Below, one piece after another: positions 39,733-49,257 of a stretch of DNA of 64,000 nt. The notes under the pieces were generated by a model. It was given only the letters and a program-made list of their open reading frames with translations. It had not been told where the DNA came from and ran no database searches. The DNA comes from an uncultured delta proteobacterium (GTDB lineage: Bacteria > Desulfobacterota > BSN033 > UBA1163). The stretch's first letter is position 1. Every line of letters begins with the position of its first letter. A program made the position numbers and the translations under genes. The stretch covers positions 11,027-75,026 of the forward strand of contig CAWHBU010000008.1 in NCBI GenBank assembly GCA_963827685.1, given 5' to 3'.

Positions 39733-40449
39733 TTAACGTAGGGGTTGATGCTGGCTAAGCATCTTTTTGGTGCGCTGCCATGCATCAGCGGAGTCTTCAG
39801 GTCTATAAGTAGGGGTGTTTACCCAGGTGAAGGCGTGACCCGCGTTCGGGTAGACCACAAGTTCGAATGGTGCCCCACCCTGCTTCGCCGCAGCCTCCAT
39901 GGCCCTCATGGATTCGATCAGACAGCAATTGTGATAACTGTCTCGTTCGCCGGCCAGAACAAGGACTGAAACTTGGAATTTGGCGGCGAAGGCTCTCATG
40001 TCCGACACGAAACTGGTCGCCGGGTAGTAGGCAACGACGGCAGAGACAAGATCCGGCATGGATGCGGCATGCGTGAGCGCACCGCCACCACCCCTTGAGA
40101 AACCGATTACTGCAGCTTTACCCGGAAGTGCCTTCGCCGAGCTTTGTGCCCGCTCAATAACACGCCTCAAATCATCCGCAGCAGATTTGCCATATTTGGC
40201 TTGGAAGTCATTACCATCGAGAAGAACAGCATAATAACCGAGTCGGGCTACCTCGGCCGCATAGCTGCTGTACACAACGTTCATGCCCGAGGCACCAGAA
40301 AGCAGAATCACTATTGGGCCTCGGCCACTGGGCGGATCATACGTCCTCTGCGATAGACCTTCCATGGTCGCGCAGGACCATGTTAACGCCACCACAAAGG
40401 AAATGACAAAAATTCGCCAATCAATGAATCCATCAGGGTGCTGTTTCAT
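39733..40449 (-). CDS. Dienelactone hydrolase-family lipoprotein
   Basis: Signal peptide ending TWSC; GFSRGG, GERD, AGHAF. Confidence 0.88.
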   Translation of the reverse strand: MKQHPDGFIDWRIFVISFVVALTWSCATMEGLSQRTYDPPSGRGPIVILLSGASGMNVVYSSYAAEVARLGYYAVLLDGNDFQAKYGKSAADDLRRVIERAQSSAKALPGKAAVIGFSRGGGGALTHAASMPDLVSAVVAYYPATSFVSDMRAFAAKFQVSVLVLAGERDSYHNCCLIESMRAMEAAAKQGGAPFELVVYPNAGHAFTWVNTPTYRPEDSADAWQRTKKMLSQHQPLR

Positions 40450-40605
40450 AATGTCTCCCTCCTTTGACAAGAATTTATTTTGGCCACCCGTGCCATTATG
40501 AGATTTCAAAGTTGAAATTTCAGTTTGACGCGAACTGACTTTCTTGTACCGATAGAATACAGGGAAGGCACCCCCAAAGGGAAATCATAAGCCCTTTGCG
40601 GTTTC

Positions 40606-40860
40606 GGGGTCGAATCTTTATCCTTGGCTTTGCCTAAATTTCACGAAAGTTTCCTTCTGACCCCAGCCTTTTTTCCCCTGAAAACGAAGAAATATCTTCA
40701 CCGCCACCCCTGCGGATTCCTGATTGGAATATACATATTTTATGGAAATTGGTCAACCGAAACCTTCAGAAATGGATAGTTAAAAGGTGGGTTGGTTGTG
40801 ACACCTACAAGTCCTCGGAGGGAGGCTAATTGGAGAACTGAAGATTTCCATTTGAAAGTA
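40606..40860 (-). promoter_or_regulatory. GGGG unit, repeat family C copy 6 and module D
   Basis: TTGACC (40751-40756) -17 bp- TATATT (40728-40733). Confidence 0.65.
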
Positions 40861-40870
40861 ATGATCTGAG

Positions 40871-41608
40871 TCAGAAAAACCAGCTCACGCCGACTTGAAA
40901 CATCTCCGTGTTCGTCCCGTTGTTGGGTAACCGGGTATGCGCGTTGGAGAAGTGCAACCAGCGGTATTGCACGGTCAGTGCAGTCCGGTCACTCAGAAAA
41001 TAATGTATACCTGCGCCCCCCTGGATATTAAACTGGAAATTTCCGGTAAGATCACGACCGTCAATATTGGTGCTTGAAACCCCAGCCCCGGCGTCAACAA
41101 ACGGCACCCAGCGGCTGCCAGTGGCAAAGTTATAGCGAATTAATGGCGTCAGACCAATAAAATAACGATCATTAGGTTTGAACTGCTCCCCACCGAAAAG
41201 TTCAACCAACAGTTCAAAGTTGCCACGATACCATTTATCGGATGCCATTACGTCCCTAAATACCCAGCCAAGATTCGCTGACGCCAGTGCCAAATCGTGG
41301 GCAACCGCGGTGCCGAAAACTCTGATGCCAAAACCCGCCCCAACCGTGCCCCCCACTTGGAACAGGCCCTTACGAAACCCGCTGCCGATGCCATCCACCC
41401 AGATTTTCTCTGGTGACGAGCTCGTTTTTAATCCGGGTTCGTCGGAGTAGGCCCACTCCCCTGAAAGTCCTATTATCATCAGGATGCCCAACATCACCGA
41501 GGTCACCTTTCCTCTGGCCCAATGAGCACGGGCCTTCTCGCGTTTAGCCCGCGGGCACTTGCCACGAGCACGACACCCTTCAGATTTAGTTTGCATTTCT
41601 TCCCACAA
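40871..41608 (-). CDS. Acyloxyacyl hydrolase (PagL-like) outer-membrane beta-barrel
   Basis: FQFNIQGGAG..YRWLHFSNA..PNNGTN; C-terminal Phe. Confidence 0.85.
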   Translation of the reverse strand: MWEEMQTKSEGCRARGKCPRAKREKARAHWARGKVTSVMLGILMIIGLSGEWAYSDEPGLKTSSSPEKIWVDGIGSGFRKGLFQVGGTVGAGFGIRVFGTAVAHDLALASANLGWVFRDVMASDKWYRGNFELLVELFGGEQFKPNDRYFIGLTPLIRYNFATGSRWVPFVDAGAGVSSTNIDGRDLTGNFQFNIQGGAGIHYFLSDRTALTVQYRWLHFSNAHTRLPNNGTNTEMFQVGVSWFF

Positions 41609-41706
41609 TCCTTCCTGTAATTAATGCTCCATGCTTCAGATCATCGTAAACTAAATTCTTTTTTCTCTGCAAGCATCCCTGTAAGGGCTTTCAGAAAGTC
41701 AAATTA

Positions 41707-42003
41707 TTACAACGACTCTTCGAACCTTATCAAAATCGAACCTGTTGGGCAATTGTCACGACATTTCATGCATGCATGCAAAAGACATTTATGAAGGTTT
41801 TCTTTCACCAAATGGGATTTGGGGCCAGATTTGAATATATCCACTGGACAGCTAATAACACACATGCCTGCCCCAACACATGTTTCCTGGTTTATCTTTA
41901 TGGCTACCTTTCTACCTTGGTATTCCACCTCCCCTTCTGTCACATAAGTTAGAGCATCACCGAGTCCCATCTCCTGATCCTTTTCCCCTTTTTTTCTGAT
42001 CAA
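41707..42003 (-). CDS. Ferredoxin-like 4Fe-4S protein
   Basis: CVGAGMCVISCP and CLLHACMKCRDNCP. Confidence 0.75.
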   Translation of the reverse strand: MIRKKGEKDQEMGLGDALTYVTEGEVEYQGRKVAIKINQETCVGAGMCVISCPVDIFKSGPKSHLVKENLHKCLLHACMKCRDNCPTGSILIRFEESL

Positions 42004-42398
42004 TCTACCTTAACCAAATTCGAATTGCAACTTTTAGCGTCATAGCAATTCCCAAAATTAGAGATGATTTGTAAATCTGATAGAAAACTTAAGGGAAAAA
42101 GATTAACAGGCATTAGGTTTGGATGAGGATTTCTTAAGCTTGATAAATGAATTTTTTTGAAGAGGGCAATTATATGGTGCAGGTTAAATCTTGGACTCGG
42201 CTCCTTTCAAACCTCAATTCCTTCGTACCACAGAGAACTATTCCATCTTGTCGATTATCGTTTGAAACATTCATCTTGGGGTCAGATTTGAGATTCGCGA
42301 TTACAGGAAGAAAGAGTTAAGAAATGGGATCGCACTTCAAGCCACAAAGTTTGGAGATCAATCTGTGTTAAGAGCTTTTGGTTTTAGATTGGGGGAGA

Positions 42399-42435
42399 GG
42401 ATAACGGGGAAAATCAGCCGCCGCTGCAGGCGGTC
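42399..42435 (-). other. Right half of an attC-like site after the restriction gene
   Basis: CCGCCTGCAGCGGCGGCTGATT-TTCCCC-GTTATCC: L'/spacer/R' geometry as at 31718. Confidence 0.45.
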
Positions 42436-42439
42436 ATTT

Positions 42440-43141
42440 TTATTTTTTGAGCCGTTCAATTTCCTGTCTTATCTCGGCAATCACTTCTTTATTTCTAATT
42501 TTGTCTTCAACGCTGAACACGATAAAGACTTTTCCGCCGAACTGTTCCTCGAAGTCACGAAATGATTGCTCCATGCGAGCTGTAACCGAAAAATTGCCGA
42601 GGCTGGCGTGAGCGGTAATAGGTTTGATCTGGAGGCCAAATGCTTTATTGCCAACCTTGCCGATAAAATCAATGTCTCCGGCATGGTCGAGATCTGGATC
42701 CGTTTCTTCAAATACAATATCGGGAAACTCCTTAGCAAGAGTATCATGAACAACCGACTTCTCGGCCAAATATCCGTCAAATGTCCGATGGATCGTCAAT
42801 CCGTATATATAATCGACGCAATCCTGTAAGGTCAGCGTAGATAGCGCTTCGCGCAATTGTGGGGCAACAATTTCAGTAATCTTTTCATACAAACGTTGGC
42901 CAAGCTCAGTTAGTATTTCTCTGGTTATTTTTATTGGTTGTTTAGTATTTGTAAAAGCATTCTTGAAATACCAATCTTCCCATTCTTGGAATGTTCTCGG
43001 CTGGCATTGGCGTATCATCGCCATGACTTGACCAACCTTATTAGTCTTGGTAAAGCCCCACCGCCTATTTCCATAATTCAGGATGATCTCTTTGCTTCCA
43101 AAATCCTTAGCGAACTTTTTGAAGGTCATGAGGCGGGTCAC
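42440..43141 (-). CDS. MjaI-like type II restriction endonuclease
   Basis: VGQVM..FQEWEDWY..RTFDG..DIDFIGKV..GLQIKP (PD-(D/E)xK variant); next to a methylase. Confidence 0.8.
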   Translation of the reverse strand: MTRLMTFKKFAKDFGSKEIILNYGNRRWGFTKTNKVGQVMAMIRQCQPRTFQEWEDWYFKNAFTNTKQPIKITREILTELGQRLYEKITEIVAPQLREALSTLTLQDCVDYIYGLTIHRTFDGYLAEKSVVHDTLAKEFPDIVFEETDPDLDHAGDIDFIGKVGNKAFGLQIKPITAHASLGNFSVTARMEQSFRDFEEQFGGKVFIVFSVEDKIRNKEVIAEIRQEIERLKK

Positions 43142-44414
43142 CCCGAAGTTTTATGAATTTATCCTTGTATTTGAAATCAATAGAGCAGTCTACCTCTGCA
43201 AGACCTTCTTTTATGAGATGTGCATTAAGAAATGTTTTGTTTTTTAAATAGATATAACAAAGCAGGCGATTCTCATTATCGTGCTTTTGAGTATCAAATT
43301 TCAGAAATACTTTTTGCCCCTTCGTTTTTTCAGTAATGAAATTAACCGCCAAACCATTCAATGCCTTATCCTCTCTTACTCCGATAAGGCGGACAAGCAA
43401 TCCGTTGCTGAGTCTAATCAGCTCAGGGCTGATCACTTCCTTAACCGAGTAATACTCTTCGCGTTCCCCGCTGTTTTCGTCAATTCTGGAGCCGAATTGA
43501 AGCTTTTTCGGATCAATCTTCTTATCGAGTTTATGAGGGTCTTTGAAGATATAGGGCAGCCTTGCAATGTCTTCGTTCAAGTCGGTTTTTATATTGTCTT
43601 TTAAAAAGATGTATTCTGTTCCGTAAAGATCGGCTTGTTCGATTCGCAGCTTTTTTCTGATGGTTGGAATAAAATTCTCGTTAATTTCATAACCGATTGA
43701 ATGCCGCCCCAGATTGCGGGCAGCCATTGAAGTCGTGCCGCTGCCAAGGAAGGGATCAAGAACCGTATCCCCTGCAAAAGAAAACATTTTGATAAGCCGG
43801 GCGGGCAGTTCTTCGGGGAACATTGCAATATGCCCTTCCTGTTTAGCGCCTGCAAAATACCAGTGGCCCGAAAAATAAGTATTCCAATCTTCCTTTGATA
43901 TGACCGACAGTTCTTTTTGCTCTCGGGTTGGTTTTGGCGGGTTGCCTTGTTTCTTAAACAACAGAATAAACTCATAATCGAGTTTCAGAATTCCGTTGCG
44001 GGGATAAGGAAAACTTCCCATTATAGTGGCTCCGCCTGTTGTATTGGTCGTTGTCACCTTTTGCCAGATGATCGCCCCCATGTAGTCAAACCCGATTGTC
44101 TCGCAGAATTTAATGATTTCGGTTCGAATCGGGATTACCTTGTACCGTCCGTAATAAACCGAGCGAGCGAACTGATCCCCGATGTTTATGCAAAGCCGGC
44201 AGCCTGAGTGTAAAACCCGATGACATTCCTTCCAGACAAGGCTTAGGTTATTTATATAGCTCTCATAAGTCTCATGGTATCCGATTTGATCGCTTGTCCC
44301 GTAATCTTTAAGCTGCCAGTACGGGGGTGACGTAATGATCAAATGAACCAATTCATCGGTCACCAGATTCATTTGTCTGGAATCGCCATGAATTATTTTG
44401 TGTATGGTTTTCAT
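43107..44414 (-). CDS. Beta-class N4/N6 DNA methyltransferase with C-terminal SNase-like domain
   Basis: ITSPPY, HIAMFPEEL, VLDPFLGSGTT; tail VRLIGV..RLLCYIYL..FLNAHLIKEGLAEV. Confidence 0.88.
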   Translation of the reverse strand: MKTIHKIIHGDSRQMNLVTDELVHLIITSPPYWQLKDYGTSDQIGYHETYESYINNLSLVWKECHRVLHSGCRLCINIGDQFARSVYYGRYKVIPIRTEIIKFCETIGFDYMGAIIWQKVTTTNTTGGATIMGSFPYPRNGILKLDYEFILLFKKQGNPPKPTREQKELSVISKEDWNTYFSGHWYFAGAKQEGHIAMFPEELPARLIKMFSFAGDTVLDPFLGSGTTSMAARNLGRHSIGYEINENFIPTIRKKLRIEQADLYGTEYIFLKDNIKTDLNEDIARLPYIFKDPHKLDKKIDPKKLQFGSRIDENSGEREEYYSVKEVISPELIRLSNGLLVRLIGVREDKALNGLAVNFITEKTKGQKVFLKFDTQKHDNENRLLCYIYLKNKTFLNAHLIKEGLAEVDCSIDFKYKDKFIKLRGDPPHDLQKVR

Positions 44415-44465
44415 TTTTGTAATTTATTGTAGCTTAAATCAGTTGTGTTTGTAAATTGGTTGTTG

Positions 44466-44589
44466 TCGCTAACATTTATTTTTATATTGCTGCGGCGAAA
44501 TAAGCCTTTATCAAAAGTTGACCAAGTACTGATTAATATTTTTCGTTGCTGAAAACGAAGAAATATTTCCGGCCTCCACCCTGTGGATT
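44466..44589 (-). repeat. Long form of family C without its promoter; attI-like end
   Basis: Homologous to 39300-39418; ends ATATAAAAATAAAT-GTTAGCG. Confidence 0.6.
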
Positions 44590-44638
44590 ACCGAGCTGTG
44601 ATTCAAGCCGTCAAAGTGAAACAGCAGGTTAGGCAATC

Positions 44639-45647
44639 TTAAGACTTGCGCGCTGAGACAATACCCAACCCGTCTGACATCGCGTTATGTTCAATAGATA
44701 TATCAACAAATCCAGCTTCGAGCAACAAATCACGGTGCTCCTTTTCCGTGTAGGACTTTCCATCATCATAAACATTGAGGAATACAAGACTGAAAGCCAC
44801 AGATGCAATCGGAGATAATCGCGTGTCATTTAGAATACTCCCGACGATATAGATAGAACTGCCAGGTTCCATCACTTGAGAAATATTCTTCAATGCTTTC
44901 TTGGCATCCTGGGATGGCAAAACCTGGATCAACGCACGCAGAATCGCAACGTCATAACTTCCTTCAGGTGGCCTATTGATAAGATCGGCGGCCATTACCG
45001 ATATCCTTTTAGACATACCAGCTTCCGATATGAATCGTTCTGAGATCGACACCACCGCAGGCAAGTCGACCACTGTTGCCTCAAGATCAGGATATGTCCC
45101 ACAAATTCCGATCGAGAGTCCACCTGTCCCACCACCCGCATCTAACAGACGCTTAAACCTAGAAAAATCGATTTTCCCTGCCTAGTTGTCTCCCGGCGCT
45201 TAGACTGCCGGGATATTGGCCCTTAAAGTACTTGATCAGATCATCTTTCGGCAAAGACATCCAGTCAAGTTTTGCCTGAGGTTTGCCGGTGCGAATGCTT
45301 TCTGAAGTCTTAAGAGTGGCTTGCCACAAACCGTTATAAAAACCAGCCAATCCACCCATATATTCCGGGCGGCCACGCACTAGAAACCGGTTGGCTTCGT
45401 CAGTATTGGAGAAGACTCCGTCTTCAACGATCAGAAGGCCAGCCGTTACCAGAACGTAAAGAAGGGGTGAGAGCTTGTCCGCCTGAACGTGCAATGCTTT
45501 GGCAAGACTTTCGACATTCATAGATCCACCCTTGAGCGGCGTAAAAACGTCAAGCTGCATCCCAGCCAACATCGCGAAAGACGGATAAACAGCGTAGGCA
45601 TTACGCATAATGGCAGTGGGGCTAATGCTATTATTGTTCTTAGTCAT
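44639..45647 (-). CDS. SAM-dependent O-methyltransferase with dimerisation domain (frameshift near 45180); cassette-like
   Basis: AGMQLDVFTPL N-domain, LLDAGGGTG, VDLP; bounded by GTTATGC (45715-45721) and GCCTAAC (44628-44634). Confidence 0.85.
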
Positions 45648-45714
45648 CTTTTTCCCTTTTCGCTATCGTGCTTCATTTGGAGGTAGTACACGGTGCGATA
45701 ATCACGCATTGGGT

Positions 45715-45778
45715 GCATAACGCGAGAATTCAGCCACGCGGGCCGAAGGTCTGCGACGGCTGGAATGAAGGGTTAGGC
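45715..45778 (-). other. Integron attC site (64 bp)
   Basis: GCCTAAC-CCTTC-ATTCCAGC...GCTGAAT-TCTCGC-GTTATGC; extra base in L''; upstream stop codon inside R''. Confidence 0.8.
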
Positions 45779-46084
45779 ACAATGTTCACTAAAGATGATT
45801 TGCTCTTTCTTGGACCGAGGCATCGCTTTTATCTGTGCTTCTCGAATAAGAGCTTTGGAACGCGTCAGCCCTTCTTGTTGATATAACAGCTTGACGGGCA
45901 GGCGAGTTCGGGTGTAGGTTGCCCCCCGACCCTCACTATGTTGCTTGACCCGAGCCCGCACATCTTTTGCTATCCCAGTGTAGAGCGACCCATCCCCGCA
46001 GCGGAGGATATAGACTGTCCAATCCTTTCGCCCCCTTCTCTTCATCCCTTGGATCATTCTTAGGTATTTAGTCTCCACATTCAT
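45773..46084 (-). CDS. GIY-YIG nuclease (UPF0213-like)
   Basis: WTVYILRCGDGSLYTGIAKD..RVKQHSEGRGATYTR..ALIREAQIK. Confidence 0.9.
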   Translation of the reverse strand: MNVETKYLRMIQGMKRRGRKDWTVYILRCGDGSLYTGIAKDVRARVKQHSEGRGATYTRTRLPVKLLYQQEGLTRSKALIREAQIKAMPRSKKEQIIFSEHCA

Positions 46085-46106
46085 CCTCTCTAGGGGAAAC
46101 ACAATT

Positions 46107-46252
46107 GAGTCAGATCTTCAGATGTCTTGAATTTATCCGATGTTTTTTCGGTGTCTCCCCGTGTTCCGGCACTTCCTAGTTCAGAGAATATACCTCTCAG
46201 ATTTCTATGTCAAACATGAGTTTCCATGTCATATGCTGAGACCTGCCCCCTG
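46107..46252 (-). promoter_or_regulatory. Repeat family B, copy 3, bounded by GGGGCAGGTCT and AGATCTGACTC
   Basis: TTGACA (46208-46213) -17 bp- TATTCT (46185-46190). Confidence 0.65.
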
Positions 46253-46729
46253 TGTCCTTCGGTTTAATATTCTATCTAATAACTCTTTCCGCTTTTTAAA
46301 AAACGGGCTTATAATAAAAAAACCTCCAGGAAACGAACTTTCAGCAACAATAACTTTTTTGTATCGCATGAACGCTGGATAGTAGATTAGCGAAAACCAG
46401 AAATGAGTTTTAACCCCCTGAATTTCTCTTATTGGAATCGCTGACAGTTTACCGAATATTCTCTTTAAATATACATATTCCTTTTCGTTATCAACAAATA
46501 TTGCATGAGGGACACGGACGTAAATTTCCCAGAAGTATTGTTCTATTACTATGCAAAATAAGGAAAATATCGCCATCTCAAAAGATTCTTTCAAATTCTG
46601 CTTCTCAATAAGTATGAGAATAGCTGCAGCCATGAAAATTAAACACCCGAGGGGGATGAATACTACCAAAAAGAATCCCAAATACCAATCGCATGCTTTC
46701 ATAAATAGATGCAATTCATATTTTTCCAT
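46229..46729 (-). CDS. Hypothetical membrane protein
   Basis: Two TM segments; last codons supplied by the repeat end. Confidence 0.6.
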   Translation of the reverse strand: MEKYELHLFMKACDWYLGFFLVVFIPLGCLIFMAAAILILIEKQNLKESFEMAIFSLFCIVIEQYFWEIYVRVPHAIFVDNEKEYVYLKRIFGKLSAIPIREIQGVKTHFWFSLIYYPAFMRYKKVIVAESSFPGGFFIISPFFKKRKELLDRILNRRTQGAGLSI

Positions 46730-46941
46730 AGAGTCCCCATTCAGATATTTACTTGTCGATAAAGAAGTCTCGATTCTTGTTTTGATATTTGTCGCTTAAT
46801 GCACCAATATCTTGGCATCCCCCTATAAGTAAGAAGATCCAAAGAGTGTTGGTAATATTTTAAGAATCCGATGTTGTCTTGAAGCAATACCAATGTCATA
46901 TGTTGAGACCTGATCCCTGTGTTCTTGTCCTCATTGATAGA

Positions 46942-47093
46942 CGAAGGCGGATTATTTGTATTTGCCCTGAATGATACTTAATCTGACAGACCCTGTCAAA
47001 TTACCTCTTGCCTAACGAGTACACCGACTACCATTCAATTCTAGGTTGCTTTGGAAAGTGAAGATTGCGGATTGAAATACTCAACAGATAACT
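46942..47093 (-). promoter_or_regulatory. Repeat family F copy 2 plus module D
   Basis: TTGACA (46994-46999) -17 bp- TATCAT (46971-46976). Confidence 0.55.
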
Positions 47094-47109
47094 CGGTGGA
47101 ATCGTGAAC

Positions 47110-47297
47110 TCATATAGGAATCCATCGGGTAATCCGGGTCCGGATAGAAGGAAGGGGCAGAAAATGGAAGCTGGGAATCTGAATCATCGATGGAAATCGT
47201 TACGGGGATGTGCCTTCACCTTGGGCGGGGGTCTGACCTTCACCTCCCAGAGGCCAAGATGCTTGAGCATCTTCTCGATCACTTCTTCATCTTCGAT
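47110..47297 (-). pseudogene. C-terminal remnant of an IS91-like (rolling-circle) transposase
   Basis: IEDEEVIEKMLKHLGLWEVKVRPPPKVKA then IDDSDSQLP..PDPDYPMDSY. Confidence 0.65.
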
Positions 47298-47322
47298 GTC
47301 AAATCTGTAACCGACTATCGGC

Positions 47323-47838
47323 TCAGTCTGCGGGAAAGCCCATGGCTTGCTTCTCTATAGCCTTGCCATCTTTGAAATCAATCCAAACCCTTGCTTTCTT
47401 GCTGTTCTTCCACTCATAACGTTTCACATCGTATTTTTCTCCAGGTTTCCCGACTACCCTCACGACATCCTTGTAACTGAGACTATCTGGACTCTTTCGG
47501 GCCTGCATAAGTTTCTGGATTTCACTATCAAGTCGGTCGTGCCCTGGACCTGTTTTCCCAGGACTGATCAGTGAAGTTCCGTACCATTTGTTGTTCTGGA
47601 AGCCAACCTTGAGATTATCGTCCTTCCAGATATAAAAAACGATGCCCAAATCGACACCTTCACCTCCCAATATCTTCACAATCTCAGGATAGGACATGCC
47701 TAATCTCACCCGCTCATAGTCCACATTGCTGAAATCTTTAGGTGGACTCTGAGCCCATGCATTTCCTCCGCAAATTCCCACCGAAATCCCAAGTAATGCC
47801 AGAAGACACATGCCTGCAAACAGTTTCACTTTTTTCAT
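47323..47838 (-). CDS. Secreted protein with duplicated BLIP/SmpA-like motif
   Basis: Signal peptide; GMSYPEIVKILGGEG..YIWK and LSYKDVVRVVGKPG..YEWK. Confidence 0.7.
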   Translation of the reverse strand: MKKVKLFAGMCLLALLGISVGICGGNAWAQSPPKDFSNVDYERVRLGMSYPEIVKILGGEGVDLGIVFYIWKDDNLKVGFQNNKWYGTSLISPGKTGPGHDRLDSEIQKLMQARKSPDSLSYKDVVRVVGKPGEKYDVKRYEWKNSKKARVWIDFKDGKAIEKQAMGFPAD

Positions 47839-47988
47839 TTTCCCTCCTTACGATTCAAATGATAAGTTTCCCAAGCCGACAGATTGGCTGGCCCTTGCCA
47901 AGACCTCATCCGTATATTCGAAGGACCCCTTTAAAGGACCATTTCGCGCAGGGATTGGTTTGCACGCAATTGTTTAAAATGAAAAAAA

Positions 47989-48735
47989 TTACTTCTCCTT
48001 TTCGGAATGAGTATCTTTAGACCCTGTACCACCTGTTTTCACAGCGCCTTGCCCTCCGCCTCCTGAGGTTTTAGCTGTTCCCGTTTTTGTTCCCGTTCCT
48101 ACTTTTGTTCCTGTTTCAACCTTTGTTCCTGTCCCTACTTTTGTTCCTGTTCCTACAGTCTTGTTACTAGACCCTACTTTACTTCTTGTATCCTTCCCAC
48201 CCTTGTCAGTGGACTCTTTGCCGTGATGAACATCTCCACCACGATGAGCTTCTGTGGGCCTATGAAACTCTCTACCACCCCAATGATGCTGGGAGTGATC
48301 TCTATACCAAGGCTGTCTGTTCCAGTAGTGATTGCGACCCCAATTCCTCCAATGGCCATGGAAGTCACCGTAGTGTATCCGATGATATCCTGGCGGCACT
48401 CCGAGAATATAATCAGGTGGTATAACCACGACGGCCGGGGGGATACGAGGTGTCTCAACATAAGCCCATGGTCCGTTGTAGATGGAAGACCTGAACCAAT
48501 GATCTTCATGGAAGCGATACCAGAAGCCTCCGAAAAAATAGAGACCTACAGTGTTCGGCACCAAATAGACATCGTTTGCTTCACTGGGAACTACCACGAC
48601 ATCGGGCGGTGCTGGAAATACCAGAGGCGGGGGAGGGGGAACGCCAATGCTGATGTTCACCTCGGCCCTACCAACAAGCGCCATGCCAACGACAAAAAAC
48701 AGACAAACCATAAGAAATACTACGATCTGCTTCAT
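47989..48735 (-). CDS. Secreted Pro/Trp/His-rich protein with GTGTKV repeats
   Basis: Signal peptide, VNISIGVPPPPP, GFWYR..YNGPW, low-complexity tail. Confidence 0.8.
   Translation of the reverse strand: MKQIVVFLMVCLFFVVGMALVGRAEVNISIGVPPPPPLVFPAPPDVVVVPSEANDVYLVPNTVGLYFFGGFWYRFHEDHWFRSSIYNGPWAYVETPRIPPAVVVIPPDYILGVPPGYHRIHYGDFHGHWRNWGRNHYWNRQPWYRDHSQHHWGGREFHRPTEAHRGGDVHHGKESTDKGGKDTRSKVGSSNKTVGTGTKVGTGTKVETGTKVGTGTKTGTAKTSGGGGQGAVKTGGTGSKDTHSEKEK
48077..48156. repeat. Coding 18-bp tandem repeat (about 4 units)
   Basis: Encodes (V)GTGTK repeats. Confidence 0.7.
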
Positions 48736-48775
48736 AAAATGATCCCTCCTTTTGGCTAATAACGAGTAAGTAAGA

Positions 48776-48899
48776 ATGATAAGAACTCCCTTTAGAGCCA
48801 GGGATGAATATATGAAAAACGGGGTTGTATGTCAAACAAAAAAAACTGTAAGATATGAAGGACGGTTTTGGGCCAGTTTTCCAGATGACGATTACCAAC
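48776..48899 (-). promoter_or_regulatory. Repeat family E with promoter, interrupted by IS3
   Basis: TTGACA (48830-48835) -17 bp- TATATT (48807-48812). Confidence 0.55.
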
Positions 48900-48954
48900 T
48901 GACCTTCCCCCGAGTTGATGGACACACCTGAGAATTTGTATCATTGGACAGGAG

Positions 48955-49257
48955 GTGCGTATGGGGGAAAAGAATCGTCATTTCAGCCGTGAGTTCAAAC
49001 GAGATGCAGTGCAGTTGGTCACAGAGAAAGGGATGCCGGTAGGCAAGGTGGCCCGAGAGCTTGATATCCATCCCAATCTTCTTCATCTATGGAGGAGGAG
49101 GTTCTTAGCTAAAGGGGATAAAGCCTTCGTAGGGAAGGGCCGTGTAACGCCAGAGGAAGCGGAAATAAAGGGGCTCCGGAAGGAATTAGAAAAGGTGAAG
49201 GAAGAGAGGGACATTTTAAAAAAAGCCTTGGCCGTATTCTCCAAACGAAACAGATGA
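48955..49257 (+). CDS. IS3 OrfA (HTH)
   Basis: FSREFKRDAVQLV..VARELDI..ERDILKKA. Confidence 0.9.
   Translation: MRMGEKNRHFSREFKRDAVQLVTEKGMPVGKVARELDIHPNLLHLWRRRFLAKGDKAFVGKGRVTPEEAEIKGLRKELEKVKEERDILKKALAVFSKRNR

Noticed and set aside
47865-47975. Second riboswitch upstream of the 47838 ORF
   Set aside because: GCAAACC is present but the GNRA hairpin and downstream GEMM elements are missing.
48077-48156. Tandem repeat as an iteron or guide array
   Set aside because: In frame with synonymous variation; it encodes a low-complexity protein tail.
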